The position numbers and the translations under genes were made by a program. From NCBI GenBank assembly GCA_963765675.1, contig CAVXXK010000001.1, positions 1,536,001 to 1,600,000 on the forward strand: a DNA stretch of 64,000 nt, in the 5' to 3' direction. Shown piece after piece: positions 47,747 through 58,102 of this stretch (the stretch's first letter is position 1; each line of letters opens with the position of its first letter). The stretch comes from an uncultured delta proteobacterium (lineage in GTDB: Bacteria > Desulfobacterota > Binatia > Binatales > Binataceae). The notes under the pieces are model-generated. The model saw nothing but the letters and a program-made list of their open reading frames with translations. It had not been told where the DNA came from and did not search any database.

Positions 47747-48262
47747 ATGGAGACCAATCTTGCGCGCGCGATGACGGCGCTTACGACCGGAATCTACGTG
47801 CTGACGGTGGCCGACGGCGCACGACGCCACGGGATGTCGTCGTCGTGGGTGACCCAGGTCTCGGGCGAACCGCCTCTGGTGATGGCGTCGGTCGATAGCA
47901 ACCACTTCACCGCCGGAATAATCGCCCGCACCGGAGCTTTCGGGTTGAACGTCGTCGGCGCACGCGGCCGCGAGCTCGAGGACTACTTCTACTCGGCGCG
48001 TTCGCGTCGCCCCGACAATCTGGAAGACCTCAACTACTCGCTCTCGCCGACGCTCGGCGTCCCATGGCTCGGCCTCGCGGCGATCTCGCTCGAAGCGCGG
48101 GTGATCCAGAGCGTCCTGGCGGGTGACCACACGCTGCACATTGCGGAACCGGTAAGAGTACGAATAGCCGCCGGCGATCGTCCGTTGACCTCGCTCGATC
48201 TCGACTACGTCTACGTCGGCGGCACGCAGGTAATAGCCCGCGACCGCACCGGCTGGGATTGA
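47747..48262 (+). CDS. Flavin reductase family protein
   Basis: GIYVLT, WVTQVSGEPP, AGDHTL. Confidence 0.88.
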   Translation: METNLARAMTALTTGIYVLTVADGARRHGMSSSWVTQVSGEPPLVMASVDSNHFTAGIIARTGAFGLNVVGARGRELEDYFYSARSRRPDNLEDLNYSLSPTLGVPWLGLAAISLEARVIQSVLAGDHTLHIAEPVRVRIAAGDRPLTSLDLDYVYVGGTQVIARDRTGWD

Positions 48263-48356
48263 GACGGCTATCTAGTCGTCCAGAGAAGATTCAGCGCTCT
48301 AAATTGACGCGCTTGGAAATCGTCTGATAGCATCCGCGCGCGGAGAGCTTTTTGCG

Positions 48357-48833
48357 ATGCCGATTGAAAAAAATGAACTGCGCCGCGTGATGGGTCATTT
48401 TGCCACCGGCGTTACCGTCATCACTTCCCTTCGCGCGTCAGGCGAGATGCACGGCCTGACCGCGAACGCATTCTCCTCGGTCTCGCTCGTGCCGCCGTTG
48501 CTGCTGATTTGCGTGGATAAGAAGGCCGAGAGCTATCCGTGCTTCGAAGAGAGCAAGGTTTTCACCGTCAATATCCTGTCGGCAGAGCAAGAGGCGCTGT
48601 CACGAAAATTCGCGGTCAGCGGAGGCAACAAGTTCGAGGGCGTCAGCTATCGGCTTGGCGCCAACGGCGCGCCGATTCTCGACGGCTCGATCGCGTATCT
48701 AGAATGCAGGCTCTCCGGCAGCATGGACGCCGGTGACCATACGGTCTATCTGGGCGAGATCGAGCAGGCCGAGACGCACGAGGCGAAGCCGCTGCTGTTC
48801 TTCCGGGGCGGCTATCGTGAACTCGGCGACTAG
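48357..48833 (+). CDS. Flavin reductase family protein (HpaC-like)
   Basis: RRVMGHFATGVTVIT, GLTANAFSSVSLVPP, AGDH, PLLFFRGGY. Confidence 0.93.
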   Translation: MPIEKNELRRVMGHFATGVTVITSLRASGEMHGLTANAFSSVSLVPPLLLICVDKKAESYPCFEESKVFTVNILSAEQEALSRKFAVSGGNKFEGVSYRLGANGAPILDGSIAYLECRLSGSMDAGDHTVYLGEIEQAETHEAKPLLFFRGGYRELGD

Positions 48834-48894
48834 TTGCACGCTGATTCCTGTGAGCGCCGGCGCCTACCACCCCCGCTCGCGCTGAAAATCCCTT

Positions 48895-49614
48895 GTGGCT
48901 GCATCACTTCCAGGACTGAGCGTCTTCCTGCCCTCGCATAACGAGGAGGAAAATGTCGAACGCGTAGTCCGTGGTTACCTGGTTGAGCTGCCAAACGTTG
49001 CCGCCGACTACGAGGTGATCGTCGTCAACGACGGCAGCCGCGATCGCACCGCCGAGGTCGCTGCCCGCCTTGCGGCAGAAAATCCTCACGTCAAGGTCGT
49101 CAATCACGAGGTTAATCGCGGCTATGGCGGCGCGGTTATCTCGGGAATCCGTGCGGCCTCGATGCCCTATGTAATGCTGTCGGACGGCGACGGCCAGTTC
49201 GATCCCAAAGATGTCGAAAAACTCGCGGCGTTCATGCCCGAATTCGACGTGGTCGTCGGCCGCCGAGCGCGTCGCGCCGACCACCTGATTCGCAGGATCA
49301 ACGGGAAGGCGTGGACGCTTCTGGTCCGCGTCGTGCTGGGCGTGACGATCACCGATATCGATTGCGGCTTCAAGATGTTCAAGCGCGAGTTGCTCGAGGG
49401 GATGGAGTTGCGGGCGCACGGCGCGATGATCTCGACCGAACTGATGGCGCGGCTTATGGGCCGCGGCGCGCGAATCAAGGAGGTCGATGTACAGCATCTG
49501 CCGCGTACCGCGGGCGAGCAGAGCGGGGCGAACCTTCGGGTCGTGATGCGTGCGTTTCGAGAGCTGTTCGTCCTATATGCAGAGCTTCGCGCCGAGCGCC
49601 GGCGTCAGCCTTAA
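48895..49614 (+). CDS. Glycosyltransferase family 2 (DPM1-like)
   Basis: PSHNEEEN, VVNDGSRD, NRGYGGA, DGDGQFD, DIDCGFK. Confidence 0.92.
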   Translation: MAASLPGLSVFLPSHNEEENVERVVRGYLVELPNVAADYEVIVVNDGSRDRTAEVAARLAAENPHVKVVNHEVNRGYGGAVISGIRAASMPYVMLSDGDGQFDPKDVEKLAAFMPEFDVVVGRRARRADHLIRRINGKAWTLLVRVVLGVTITDIDCGFKMFKRELLEGMELRAHGAMISTELMARLMGRGARIKEVDVQHLPRTAGEQSGANLRVVMRAFRELFVLYAELRAERRRQP

Positions 49615-49705
49615 ACGGGATATCGCGATAGACCGATTCGTTTAGCGTGGCCGCGCGGCCCAGGAAATCGCCACGATTCTCAAGTGCTTTACCCTATTGC
49701 GCCGA

Positions 49706-49721
49706 TGGCACGGCAATGGCT
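49706..49721 (+). promoter_or_regulatory. Candidate sigma54 (-24/-12) promoter
   Basis: TGGCACGGCAATGGCT has GG-N10-GC with a perfect TGGCACG; about 60 nt upstream of the ATG at 49783. Confidence 0.6.
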
Positions 49722-49782
49722 ATATGCTTTGCGAATATTGGCCCAATAAAGGGCCTCAAAGGTTCAAGGAGACCACAGTACC

Positions 49783-50037
49783 ATGAAGCGTACCCTTTCG
49801 ATTCTTTCCGCCGTCGTATTCGCTGCCTCGATGGCGGTACCAGCGTTCGCGCAAGCCCCGGCTGCGGCGGGCGCGGCTGATTCGGCGGCCCCTGCGGCGG
49901 CATCGAGCCCGTCTGCGACGAAGCATCATCATTCTCATCATCACAAGGCCAAGAAGAGCGGGACAGATTCGAGCTCGGGTTCCGGTGCGAGCAATGCGGG
50001 CGCTCCAGCCTCGGCAGCCAGCCCGGCGGCGAACTAA
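49783..50037 (+). CDS. Small secreted Ala/Ser-rich protein with His/Lys patch (Asr-like architecture)
   Basis: AAGGAG RBS; signal peptide AFA-Q; KHHHSHHHKAKK. Confidence 0.85.
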   Translation: MKRTLSILSAVVFAASMAVPAFAQAPAAAGAADSAAPAAASSPSATKHHHSHHHKAKKSGTDSSSGSGASNAGAPASAASPAAN

Positions 50038-50063
50038 TCGACTAGCGATCTTGATCCAATCCG

Positions 50064-50098
50064 CCGGAGGACGGCCCGACCGTCCTCCGGTTTTCTTT
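50064..50098 (+). terminator. Intrinsic terminator
   Basis: CCGGAGGACGG-CCCGA-CCGTCCTCCGG followed by TTTTCTTT. Confidence 0.85.
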
Positions 50099-50247
50099 GC
50101 GCGAGGTCCGGACCGACTCCGGCGGGGTGCCCAGCGACCGAATCGGCGCACGATAACGCGTCCAAACTCATTTCACTCGTTTTACTGCCTCAATTTTCCT
50201 GCTAAATTCATCATTGCGCCTGAATTCATACGGGAGCAGGCGCTTGC

Positions 50248-50961
50248 GTGTTGCCAAATCGCCGCGGCTGGGCCCTGATTCTTAGCTTGCTGATCGCGCT
50301 GGTTTTCCAGATGCGAACGGTGGCCCGCGCGAGCATTTCGCAACCCTCCTCGGACCCGCAGGTCTGCGATCCCCTCGCCGATTATTTCCTCGGTATGGAA
50401 GATTACCCCGAGGCAATTCGCCGCCATCGAGCCGTCATCCAGCAACATCCGGGGAACGCTCTGGCGCACTATCATCTCGGCTTCGCCTACGGCCTGATGG
50501 GGGAGCATCAACTCGAGCTCAGCGAGTATCAGAGGGCGATCAGTCTCGGACTTGATGACTGGCAGTTATTCTTGAACCTGGGCCTTCTCTATCTGGACAA
50601 CGGGCAGTTGCGCGACGCGACCGAGGTTCTGCGCCTGGCAACGCTGCTCGGCCCGGATCATCCGGAGCCGCATTTCAATCTTGGACTCGCCTATGAGAAG
50701 CGCGGGATGCTTGAGTCGGCGGAGCAGCAGATGCTGCTCTCGCTCGAAATCGATCCCGACCAGGTGGACGCGCACAACACTCTTGGCGCAATCTACGCGG
50801 AAGAGGGCAAGTACATGCGCGCCAGCCAGGAATGGAACGAGATCGTGCAGGCCAATCCCGATTACGCGCCCGCGCGCGCAAATTTGAACATCCTGGAGCG
50901 CGTCGAGCGCGGCCAGATTCGCAATACTTCCGCGCCCGACGGCTTTGCCGGTGAGCGCTAG
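50248..50961 (+). CDS. Exported TPR repeat protein
   Basis: Repeated AHYHLG, FLNLG, HFNLG, HNTLG TPR helices; N-terminal signal. Confidence 0.88.
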   Translation: MLPNRRGWALILSLLIALVFQMRTVARASISQPSSDPQVCDPLADYFLGMEDYPEAIRRHRAVIQQHPGNALAHYHLGFAYGLMGEHQLELSEYQRAISLGLDDWQLFLNLGLLYLDNGQLRDATEVLRLATLLGPDHPEPHFNLGLAYEKRGMLESAEQQMLLSLEIDPDQVDAHNTLGAIYAEEGKYMRASQEWNEIVQANPDYAPARANLNILERVERGQIRNTSAPDGFAGER

Positions 50962-51010
50962 CCCTCGCGGCAAAGACGATAGCGCGCTTTCGCGAAAGAA
51001 GAGGCAGGTG

Positions 51011-52273
51011 GTGGAACAGGTGGTGGCTTCAGATGGGTGGAAGAAAGTCTTTCGCGTGGCGGCGGCCGCCGCTTGCGTGATCGCGCTGGCGGCCTTGTCG
51101 CCGGGCAGCGCGCGTGCGTCGGTGCGGCATCATCATAGGCACGCGGTTACCAAACGCGCGCCAACGCATACCGCCGTCGAGCCATACAAGGGCGCGCTTT
51201 TAGAAGACGCCGACAGCGGCAAGGTCCTCTACGAAGACAACCCCGACATGGAATGGCCGCCGGCCTCGATGGCCAAGATGACGCTGCTGCTGGTCGCCGA
51301 AGATCAGATTAAAGCCGGCCGCGTGCATCTGACCGATCCGGTCCGAATTTCCGAACGTTCAGCGCATACGATGGGCTCAAGGCTGGGATTGGTCGAGGGA
51401 CAGGTGTATCCGCTCGGCGAACTGATGAAGGCGGCGCTGATCAAGTCGGCCAATGATGCTGCCGTAGCAGTGGCGGAGAAAATCGGCGGCTCGGTCGAGG
51501 CGACGGTGCGGATGATGAATCTGCGGGCCAAAAGCCTCGGGATGGATCACACGGAATATCACACGGTTGATGGCTTGCCGCCGCGTCCGGCCCACGACGT
51601 TGACCGTACCAGCGCGCGCGACCTGGCAACTGTCGCTCGCGCGATTATTCGCAGCACCAATCTTCTCCAGTGGTCGAGCCTCGAACAAACCGATTTCGAT
51701 GGCGGTGTCTGCATGCTGCATACCACCAACCATTTGATCGGACACTTCGAAGGATGCGACGGACTCAAGACCGGATTTACGTTTCAGGCGGGCTTCAACG
51801 TGACCGCGACCGCACGACGCGGCAATATGCGCCTGATTGCGGTGGTGCTGGGTGCGCCGTCCAACCCGCAGCGCTTCGCGCAGGCGGCCAAGCTGCTCGA
51901 ATGGGGTTTCGATCACTATACGGCGGTCTCGCTCCTGAAATCCGGCCAGCCGCTGCCGGTCCAGGTGCAAGCCGAGTCAGGGAAAATGATCCAGCCGATT
52001 GCCGCAACCGATCTGAGAGTCGTACTGCCCAAGGACGACGTCGGATCGCTCAAGGTCACCTATCAGGTGCCGAACGCGGTCAGCGGTCCGATTACCAGCG
52101 GCGAGACTTTGGGGCGTGTAGTTGCCCGCGATCGCGGCGAAGAGATCTCAGAAACCGCGGCGGTGAGCCCGATCGCGGTGGGCGCGCCAGTGGCGGCGCA
52201 GGACTCCGACGGCTGGAGTCCGCCACGTCCGACTGCATACAATGAGTCGGCTGGAATCCAGGAGTCCCAATGA
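51011..52273 (+). CDS. D-alanyl-D-alanine carboxypeptidase (PBP5/6, peptidase S11)
   Basis: PASMAK (SxxK), SAND (SxN), GLKTGFT (KTG); start uncertain. Confidence 0.93.
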   Translation: MEQVVASDGWKKVFRVAAAAACVIALAALSPGSARASVRHHHRHAVTKRAPTHTAVEPYKGALLEDADSGKVLYEDNPDMEWPPASMAKMTLLLVAEDQIKAGRVHLTDPVRISERSAHTMGSRLGLVEGQVYPLGELMKAALIKSANDAAVAVAEKIGGSVEATVRMMNLRAKSLGMDHTEYHTVDGLPPRPAHDVDRTSARDLATVARAIIRSTNLLQWSSLEQTDFDGGVCMLHTTNHLIGHFEGCDGLKTGFTFQAGFNVTATARRGNMRLIAVVLGAPSNPQRFAQAAKLLEWGFDHYTAVSLLKSGQPLPVQVQAESGKMIQPIAATDLRVVLPKDDVGSLKVTYQVPNAVSGPITSGETLGRVVARDRGEEISETAAVSPIAVGAPVAAQDSDGWSPPRPTAYNESAGIQESQ

Positions 52274-52395
52274 AAATAGCTTCCAAAATCCGCAATCGCC
52301 GCAATCGCAAACTCGCCCGCAAGCGGCGCACCAACCCGGTCCAGGCCAAGTCGCGCCTGCGCAGGATGCGCCGCAGCCGAATCCGCGGCAAGTAG
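52270..52395 (+). CDS. 41-aa extremely basic small protein
   Basis: AGGAG 5 nt upstream; ATGA overlap with the upstream stop; MKIASKIRNRRNRKLARKRRTNPVQAKSRLRRMRRSRIRGK followed by TAG TGA. Confidence 0.7.
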   Translation: MKIASKIRNRRNRKLARKRRTNPVQAKSRLRRMRRSRIRGK

Positions 52396-52410
52396 TGAAA
52401 AGAATTTCCG

Positions 52411-52640
52411 TGTCATGCCGGAGGGTGGCATCGATGGCACCGGCTTCGGCCGGTGCGGGAATCCACAGGCTAAAGCCTGTGCCATGAGGAATCTCGATCT
52501 TCCGCATCGTTTCTGATTGCCAAGCTGGCCGACGAGCCGTCGGCCACCACTGACAGAAGAACAGCGATTCGCCGGTGAGGACCGGGGGATCGTCCACCCA
52601 TTAGCGAATCGGCGGATACCGACCATTCATGGTCGGTTGT
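52411..52640. repeat. Cluster of REP-like hairpins
   Basis: ATGGCACCGGCTTCGGCCGGTG / CACAGGCTAAAGCCTGTGCCAT inverted doublet; further hairpins TGGCCGACG-AGC-CGTCGGCCA and ACCGACCA-TTCA-TGGTCGGT. Confidence 0.65.
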
Positions 52641-52732
52641 GGGAACTTGCGGGGTCCGTAAATTGACAGGCCCCCTGCGCGACAGATAGCTTTGATCGTG
52701 CACCGTTTAATTCCCTACATCGGAGATTCCAT

Positions 52733-53482
52733 CTGCACGACGCATCGGTAATTGCCGTCATCCCGGCGCGTTATGCGTCGACGCGTCTGCCCGCCAAGGC
52801 GTTGGCGGAGATCGACGCGGTGCCGATGATCGTCCGAGTATGGCGGCAAACTGCGATGGCGCGGCAGATCGCGCGCGCGATCGTCGCGACCGACGACGAG
52901 CGGATCGCCTCCGCGGTGCGGGCGGCAGGCGGCGACGCGATCATGACTTCGCCGGCGCATCCGAGCGGCACCGATCGTATCGCTGAGGTTGCCCGGAAAA
53001 TCGAAGCGGACGTCTACATCAACGTGCAGGGCGATCTGCCGTTCATCAGCCCCGCTGATCTCGACGCGCTCGCGGCGCCGATGCGCGCCGACGCTTCGCT
53101 CGCGATGGCAACACTGGCGACGCCGATTACAGGCGCGCATGAGTGGACTAATCCCAACGTCGTGAAGGTGGTGTGCGCGGCCAACGGTGACGCCCTGTAT
53201 TTCTCTCGCGCGCCGATCCCGTTTCCGCGCGATCGCGAGGAGATTCCCGCCGTCGCGATGCGCCATATCGGCGTGTATGCATACCGGCGCGGCTTCCTGT
53301 TGAAGTTTGCCTCGATGGCGCAAGGAGTTCTCGAGCGGATCGAAAAACTCGAGCAGTTGCGGGCGCTCGAAAATGGTCATGCGATTCGCGTGGTCGCCTC
53401 GGTGGCGCCCTCGCTTGAAGTTGACACAGCCGAGGACCTTGCGAGGGCCCGGGCTTTTGCGTCGTCCACACGGCGGACGTAG
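52733..53482 (+). CDS. kdsB: 3-deoxy-manno-octulosonate cytidylyltransferase (probable CTG start)
   Basis: VIPARYASTRLPAK lies upstream of the ORF-track TTG; VATDDERI, SGTDR, NVQGD, LYFSRAPIP, LEQLRALENG. Confidence 0.95.
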   Translation: MHDASVIAVIPARYASTRLPAKALAEIDAVPMIVRVWRQTAMARQIARAIVATDDERIASAVRAAGGDAIMTSPAHPSGTDRIAEVARKIEADVYINVQGDLPFISPADLDALAAPMRADASLAMATLATPITGAHEWTNPNVVKVVCAANGDALYFSRAPIPFPRDREEIPAVAMRHIGVYAYRRGFLLKFASMAQGVLERIEKLEQLRALENGHAIRVVASVAPSLEVDTAEDLARARAFASSTRRT

Positions 53483-55150
<1,668 letters not shown>

Positions 55151-55154
<4 letters not shown>

Positions 55155-55993
55155 AGGTGACGCCGGTAAAAGTGGGCGACGCGGTGTTCGGTGGCGAGGC
55201 GCTGGTTTTGATCGCGGGACCATGCGTGATCGAAAGCGCCGAGGCATGCATCCGCCACGCAGTGGCGATTTCGGAGATCGCGCGGCGGGCCGGATTTCCG
55301 TACGTGTTCAAAGCCTCGTTCGACAAGGCCAATCGCACCAGCCACAAATCCTTTCGTGGCCCGGGCATCGATGCGGGACTCGAGATTCTGTCGCGCGTGA
55401 AACGCGAGACGGGCGTCGCAATTCTAACCGACATCCACGAGGCTGCGCAGGCGAAACGCGCGGCCGAGGTCGTCGATATTCTCCAGATTCCCGCGTTGCT
55501 CTCGCGCCAGACCGATCTCATTCACGCCGCCGCCGAAACCGGATGCGCCGTGAATATCAAGAAGGGACAGTTTCTGGCGCCTTGGGATATGCGCGCTGCG
55601 CTTGAGAAAGTCACCGAGTGCGGCAATCGGCGTGTGATGCTGACCGAGCGCGGTTTCAGCTTCGGCTACAACAACCTGGTGACCGATCCACGCTCGCTCG
55701 TGATCATGCGCGGCTTCGGCTATCCGGTAATTTTTGACGCGACTCACTCCGCGCAGCTTCCCGGAGCGGGCGAGGGTGGCAAACAGTCCAGCGGCCAGCG
55801 CGAGTTCGTTGCGCCGCTGGCGCGCGCGGCGGTTGCGGTCGGAGTCGACGGCATTTTCATGGAGGTGCACGAGGATCCCGATCGCGCGCTCAGCGACGGT
55901 CCTAACTCCTATCGCCTCGACGAGCTCGCCACCCTGCTCGGTGATCTGAAACGGATCGATCAATGCGCGCGTGAGGCCGCCTCGCGCAATTGA
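55151..55993 (+). CDS. kdsA: KDO 8-phosphate synthase
   Basis: IAGPCVIE, KASFDKANRTS, NIKKGQF, ERG, DATHS, EVH, SDG; GTGA overlap with pyrG. Confidence 0.96.
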
Positions 55994-56120
55994 GGCTGGC
56001 TCCGATCACGTAGCGGCGTGCATAGCAAGACGCGTCTAACGGTGCCGTGAGGGCATTCAAACAGAGCTTTGGTTTACTTGAAAAAACCTGCTTGATACCT
56101 TGAACCTACGGGTATGATCG

Positions 56121-56723
56121 ATGAGTTTGAAGCTTATCGCCAAGGCACTTGCGGCGTTCGGTGCGGCCGCAATCGTAGTGCTTCTGGCAGTTACCATTTA
56201 CGTCGTGCGGCATCGCGAGGACGCGCAGGCGCTCACTAAAGTCGCCAGCGTGCTGCCCGACTCACTTCTCCACGCGAAGAATTTCCATTGGACCCAGATG
56301 AAGGGCAGCGAAATGCAATGGGTCCTCTCGGCGTCCGACGCGAGCTACTCCGCCGATCGCACCGGCGTCAAGCTTGTCAACGCGAACCTGGCGATGACCT
56401 CGAGTGACGGCAAGGAAGTTCACGTCACTGCCCCGCAGGCGCTGCTGTACATGGACGGGAATCATATCCATCGCGCGGACCTTAGCGGCGGTGCTGTGCT
56501 TCGCTACGGTGATTTCGTCCTGAGTACCGATGCGGTGAGCTTCGATCCCGACGCGGATACGGTCAACGCCAGTGGCTTGGTAACGGTCGAAGGAGAGGGC
56601 GTGAAAGTCACCGGAATTGGACTAACCGGCAGCCCCAAGACGCGAGTCTTCCAGTTGCATCAGCAGGTACGGACCGAGATTCAGCCGAAAAAGGACAGCG
56701 GTGCGAAGATCAAGAAGAGCTGA
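56121..56723 (+). CDS. lptC: LPS export periplasmic protein LptC
   Basis: N-terminal TM helix followed by beta-jellyroll-like strands; position between kdsA and lptA. Confidence 0.8.
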   Translation: MSLKLIAKALAAFGAAAIVVLLAVTIYVVRHREDAQALTKVASVLPDSLLHAKNFHWTQMKGSEMQWVLSASDASYSADRTGVKLVNANLAMTSSDGKEVHVTAPQALLYMDGNHIHRADLSGGAVLRYGDFVLSTDAVSFDPDADTVNASGLVTVEGEGVKVTGIGLTGSPKTRVFQLHQQVRTEIQPKKDSGAKIKKS

Positions 56724-58089
56724 ACGCTCGCCCCGTCCGGCGCGGATGTTCTGCGCCGCGGCGATTGCGGCGATCGCAATCGCGCTTGCTCCGTCGGCGT
56801 TCGCTCAGAGCGGCGGAGACTCCGGCGGCGCGCTCGGCGATTCGATTCGCGCCGGGAGCGGCGGTGCGCCATCGGCTCCGGCTGCTGCGGCGTCAGTTGC
56901 GCCCGACGTGGTTGATCAATTCAATTCCAACGGCGATTCGATCACGGTGGTCGGCGGTGCTCCCGACGCGGCTGCTTCACCCGCTGCGGATAGCGGCGCC
57001 GCTCCCGCGGTTGTGAGCGCACCTCCCGCGCAAGCCGCTCCGTCAGTTGCTGCGGCACCTTCTCCAGAGGCCGCGCCGTCTTTCGCAGCCGCACCTTCTC
57101 CAGAAGCTGCGCCATCGTTTGCTGCCGCAGCCTCTCCGGAGGCTGCACCCTCGGTTGCAAACGCGCCGGCCGCCGAGTCCTCACCGTCATTCGCTGCTGC
57201 GCCATCGCCGGAGGCTGCCCCTTCATTCGCTGCCGCACCATCGCCGGAAGCTGCGCCGTCGTTTGCAGCGGCACCCTCTCCTGAAGCAGCGCCATCTGTG
57301 GCAGCCGTATCGGTGCCGGAAGCTGCGCCTCCGGTTGCGAGCGCTCCCGTAGCTGACGCGTTTCCAACCGCCAGTATGCCGCCACCAGCGATCGTGAGCT
57401 CGCCCGCCGCCGAGGCATCGATCGCGGCAGTTCCGGCCGCAGAGCCCTCGACCAGCCTGGTCCCTGCAACTCCGGAGGCAGCCGTGACGCCTGCGGCGGC
57501 ATTCGCGGCGACGCCGGCAATCTCCGCAGTGGCGAGCGCGCCGAAGCCGCGCGCCGCGAAAAAAGAAAAAGAAGCGACTCAAGTCGCGTCGGCGGGTCCG
57601 TCAAATGGGCAGGATCAGGGCGGCGCTTTTGGCGGGCTTCAGTTCTCGAACAACAAGTCGCCGATCAATATCACCTCCGACACGATGGCGCTTGATTACA
57701 AAGGCAACTCGGTTCTGTTTACCGGCCATGTAAATGCCGTCCAGGCAACTGGCCATCTGACAAGCGATCGGTTGCGCGTGAATTACGGACAGGGTTTCAA
57801 AGACGTGCGAGAAATGATCGCCGACGGCAACGTGCGTATCAGCCAGGACACGCGCTGGGCCACCGGCGACCATGCGGTGCTGGATCAGACCAAACACACG
57901 GTGGTGCTCACTGGCAGCCCGGTCGTGCACGACGGCACCGATCAGATTACAGGGCGGCGGATAACGGTTTATCTCGACACGGGCAAGAGCGTGGTCGAGG
58001 GCGCGAGCGCCGTGATTTTCCCGAAATCGTCGTCGCCGGGCCAGACACAGGCTGAAAATTCCGGGGGCAACGCAGCCCACACGCCGTGA
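56701..58089 (+). CDS. lptA: LptA/OstA family protein with long Ala/Pro/Ser repeat linker
   Basis: C-terminal PINITSD, FTGHVNAVQ, ADGNVRISQ, VLTGSPVV, ITGRRIT; synteny with lptC and rpoN. Confidence 0.82.
   Translation: MRRSRRAERSPRPARMFCAAAIAAIAIALAPSAFAQSGGDSGGALGDSIRAGSGGAPSAPAAAASVAPDVVDQFNSNGDSITVVGGAPDAAASPAADSGAAPAVVSAPPAQAAPSVAAAPSPEAAPSFAAAPSPEAAPSFAAAASPEAAPSVANAPAAESSPSFAAAPSPEAAPSFAAAPSPEAAPSFAAAPSPEAAPSVAAVSVPEAAPPVASAPVADAFPTASMPPPAIVSSPAAEASIAAVPAAEPSTSLVPATPEAAVTPAAAFAATPAISAVASAPKPRAAKKEKEATQVASAGPSNGQDQGGAFGGLQFSNNKSPINITSDTMALDYKGNSVLFTGHVNAVQATGHLTSDRLRVNYGQGFKDVREMIADGNVRISQDTRWATGDHAVLDQTKHTVVLTGSPVVHDGTDQITGRRITVYLDTGKSVVEGASAVIFPKSSSPGQTQAENSGGNAAHTP
57034..57321 (+). 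repeat. Eight 36-bp (12-aa) coding tandem repeats
   Basis: Consensus AAPSFAAAPSPE; copies differ mainly at synonymous sites. Confidence 0.9.
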
Positions 58090-58102
58090 TATTGTTGAGT
58101 CA

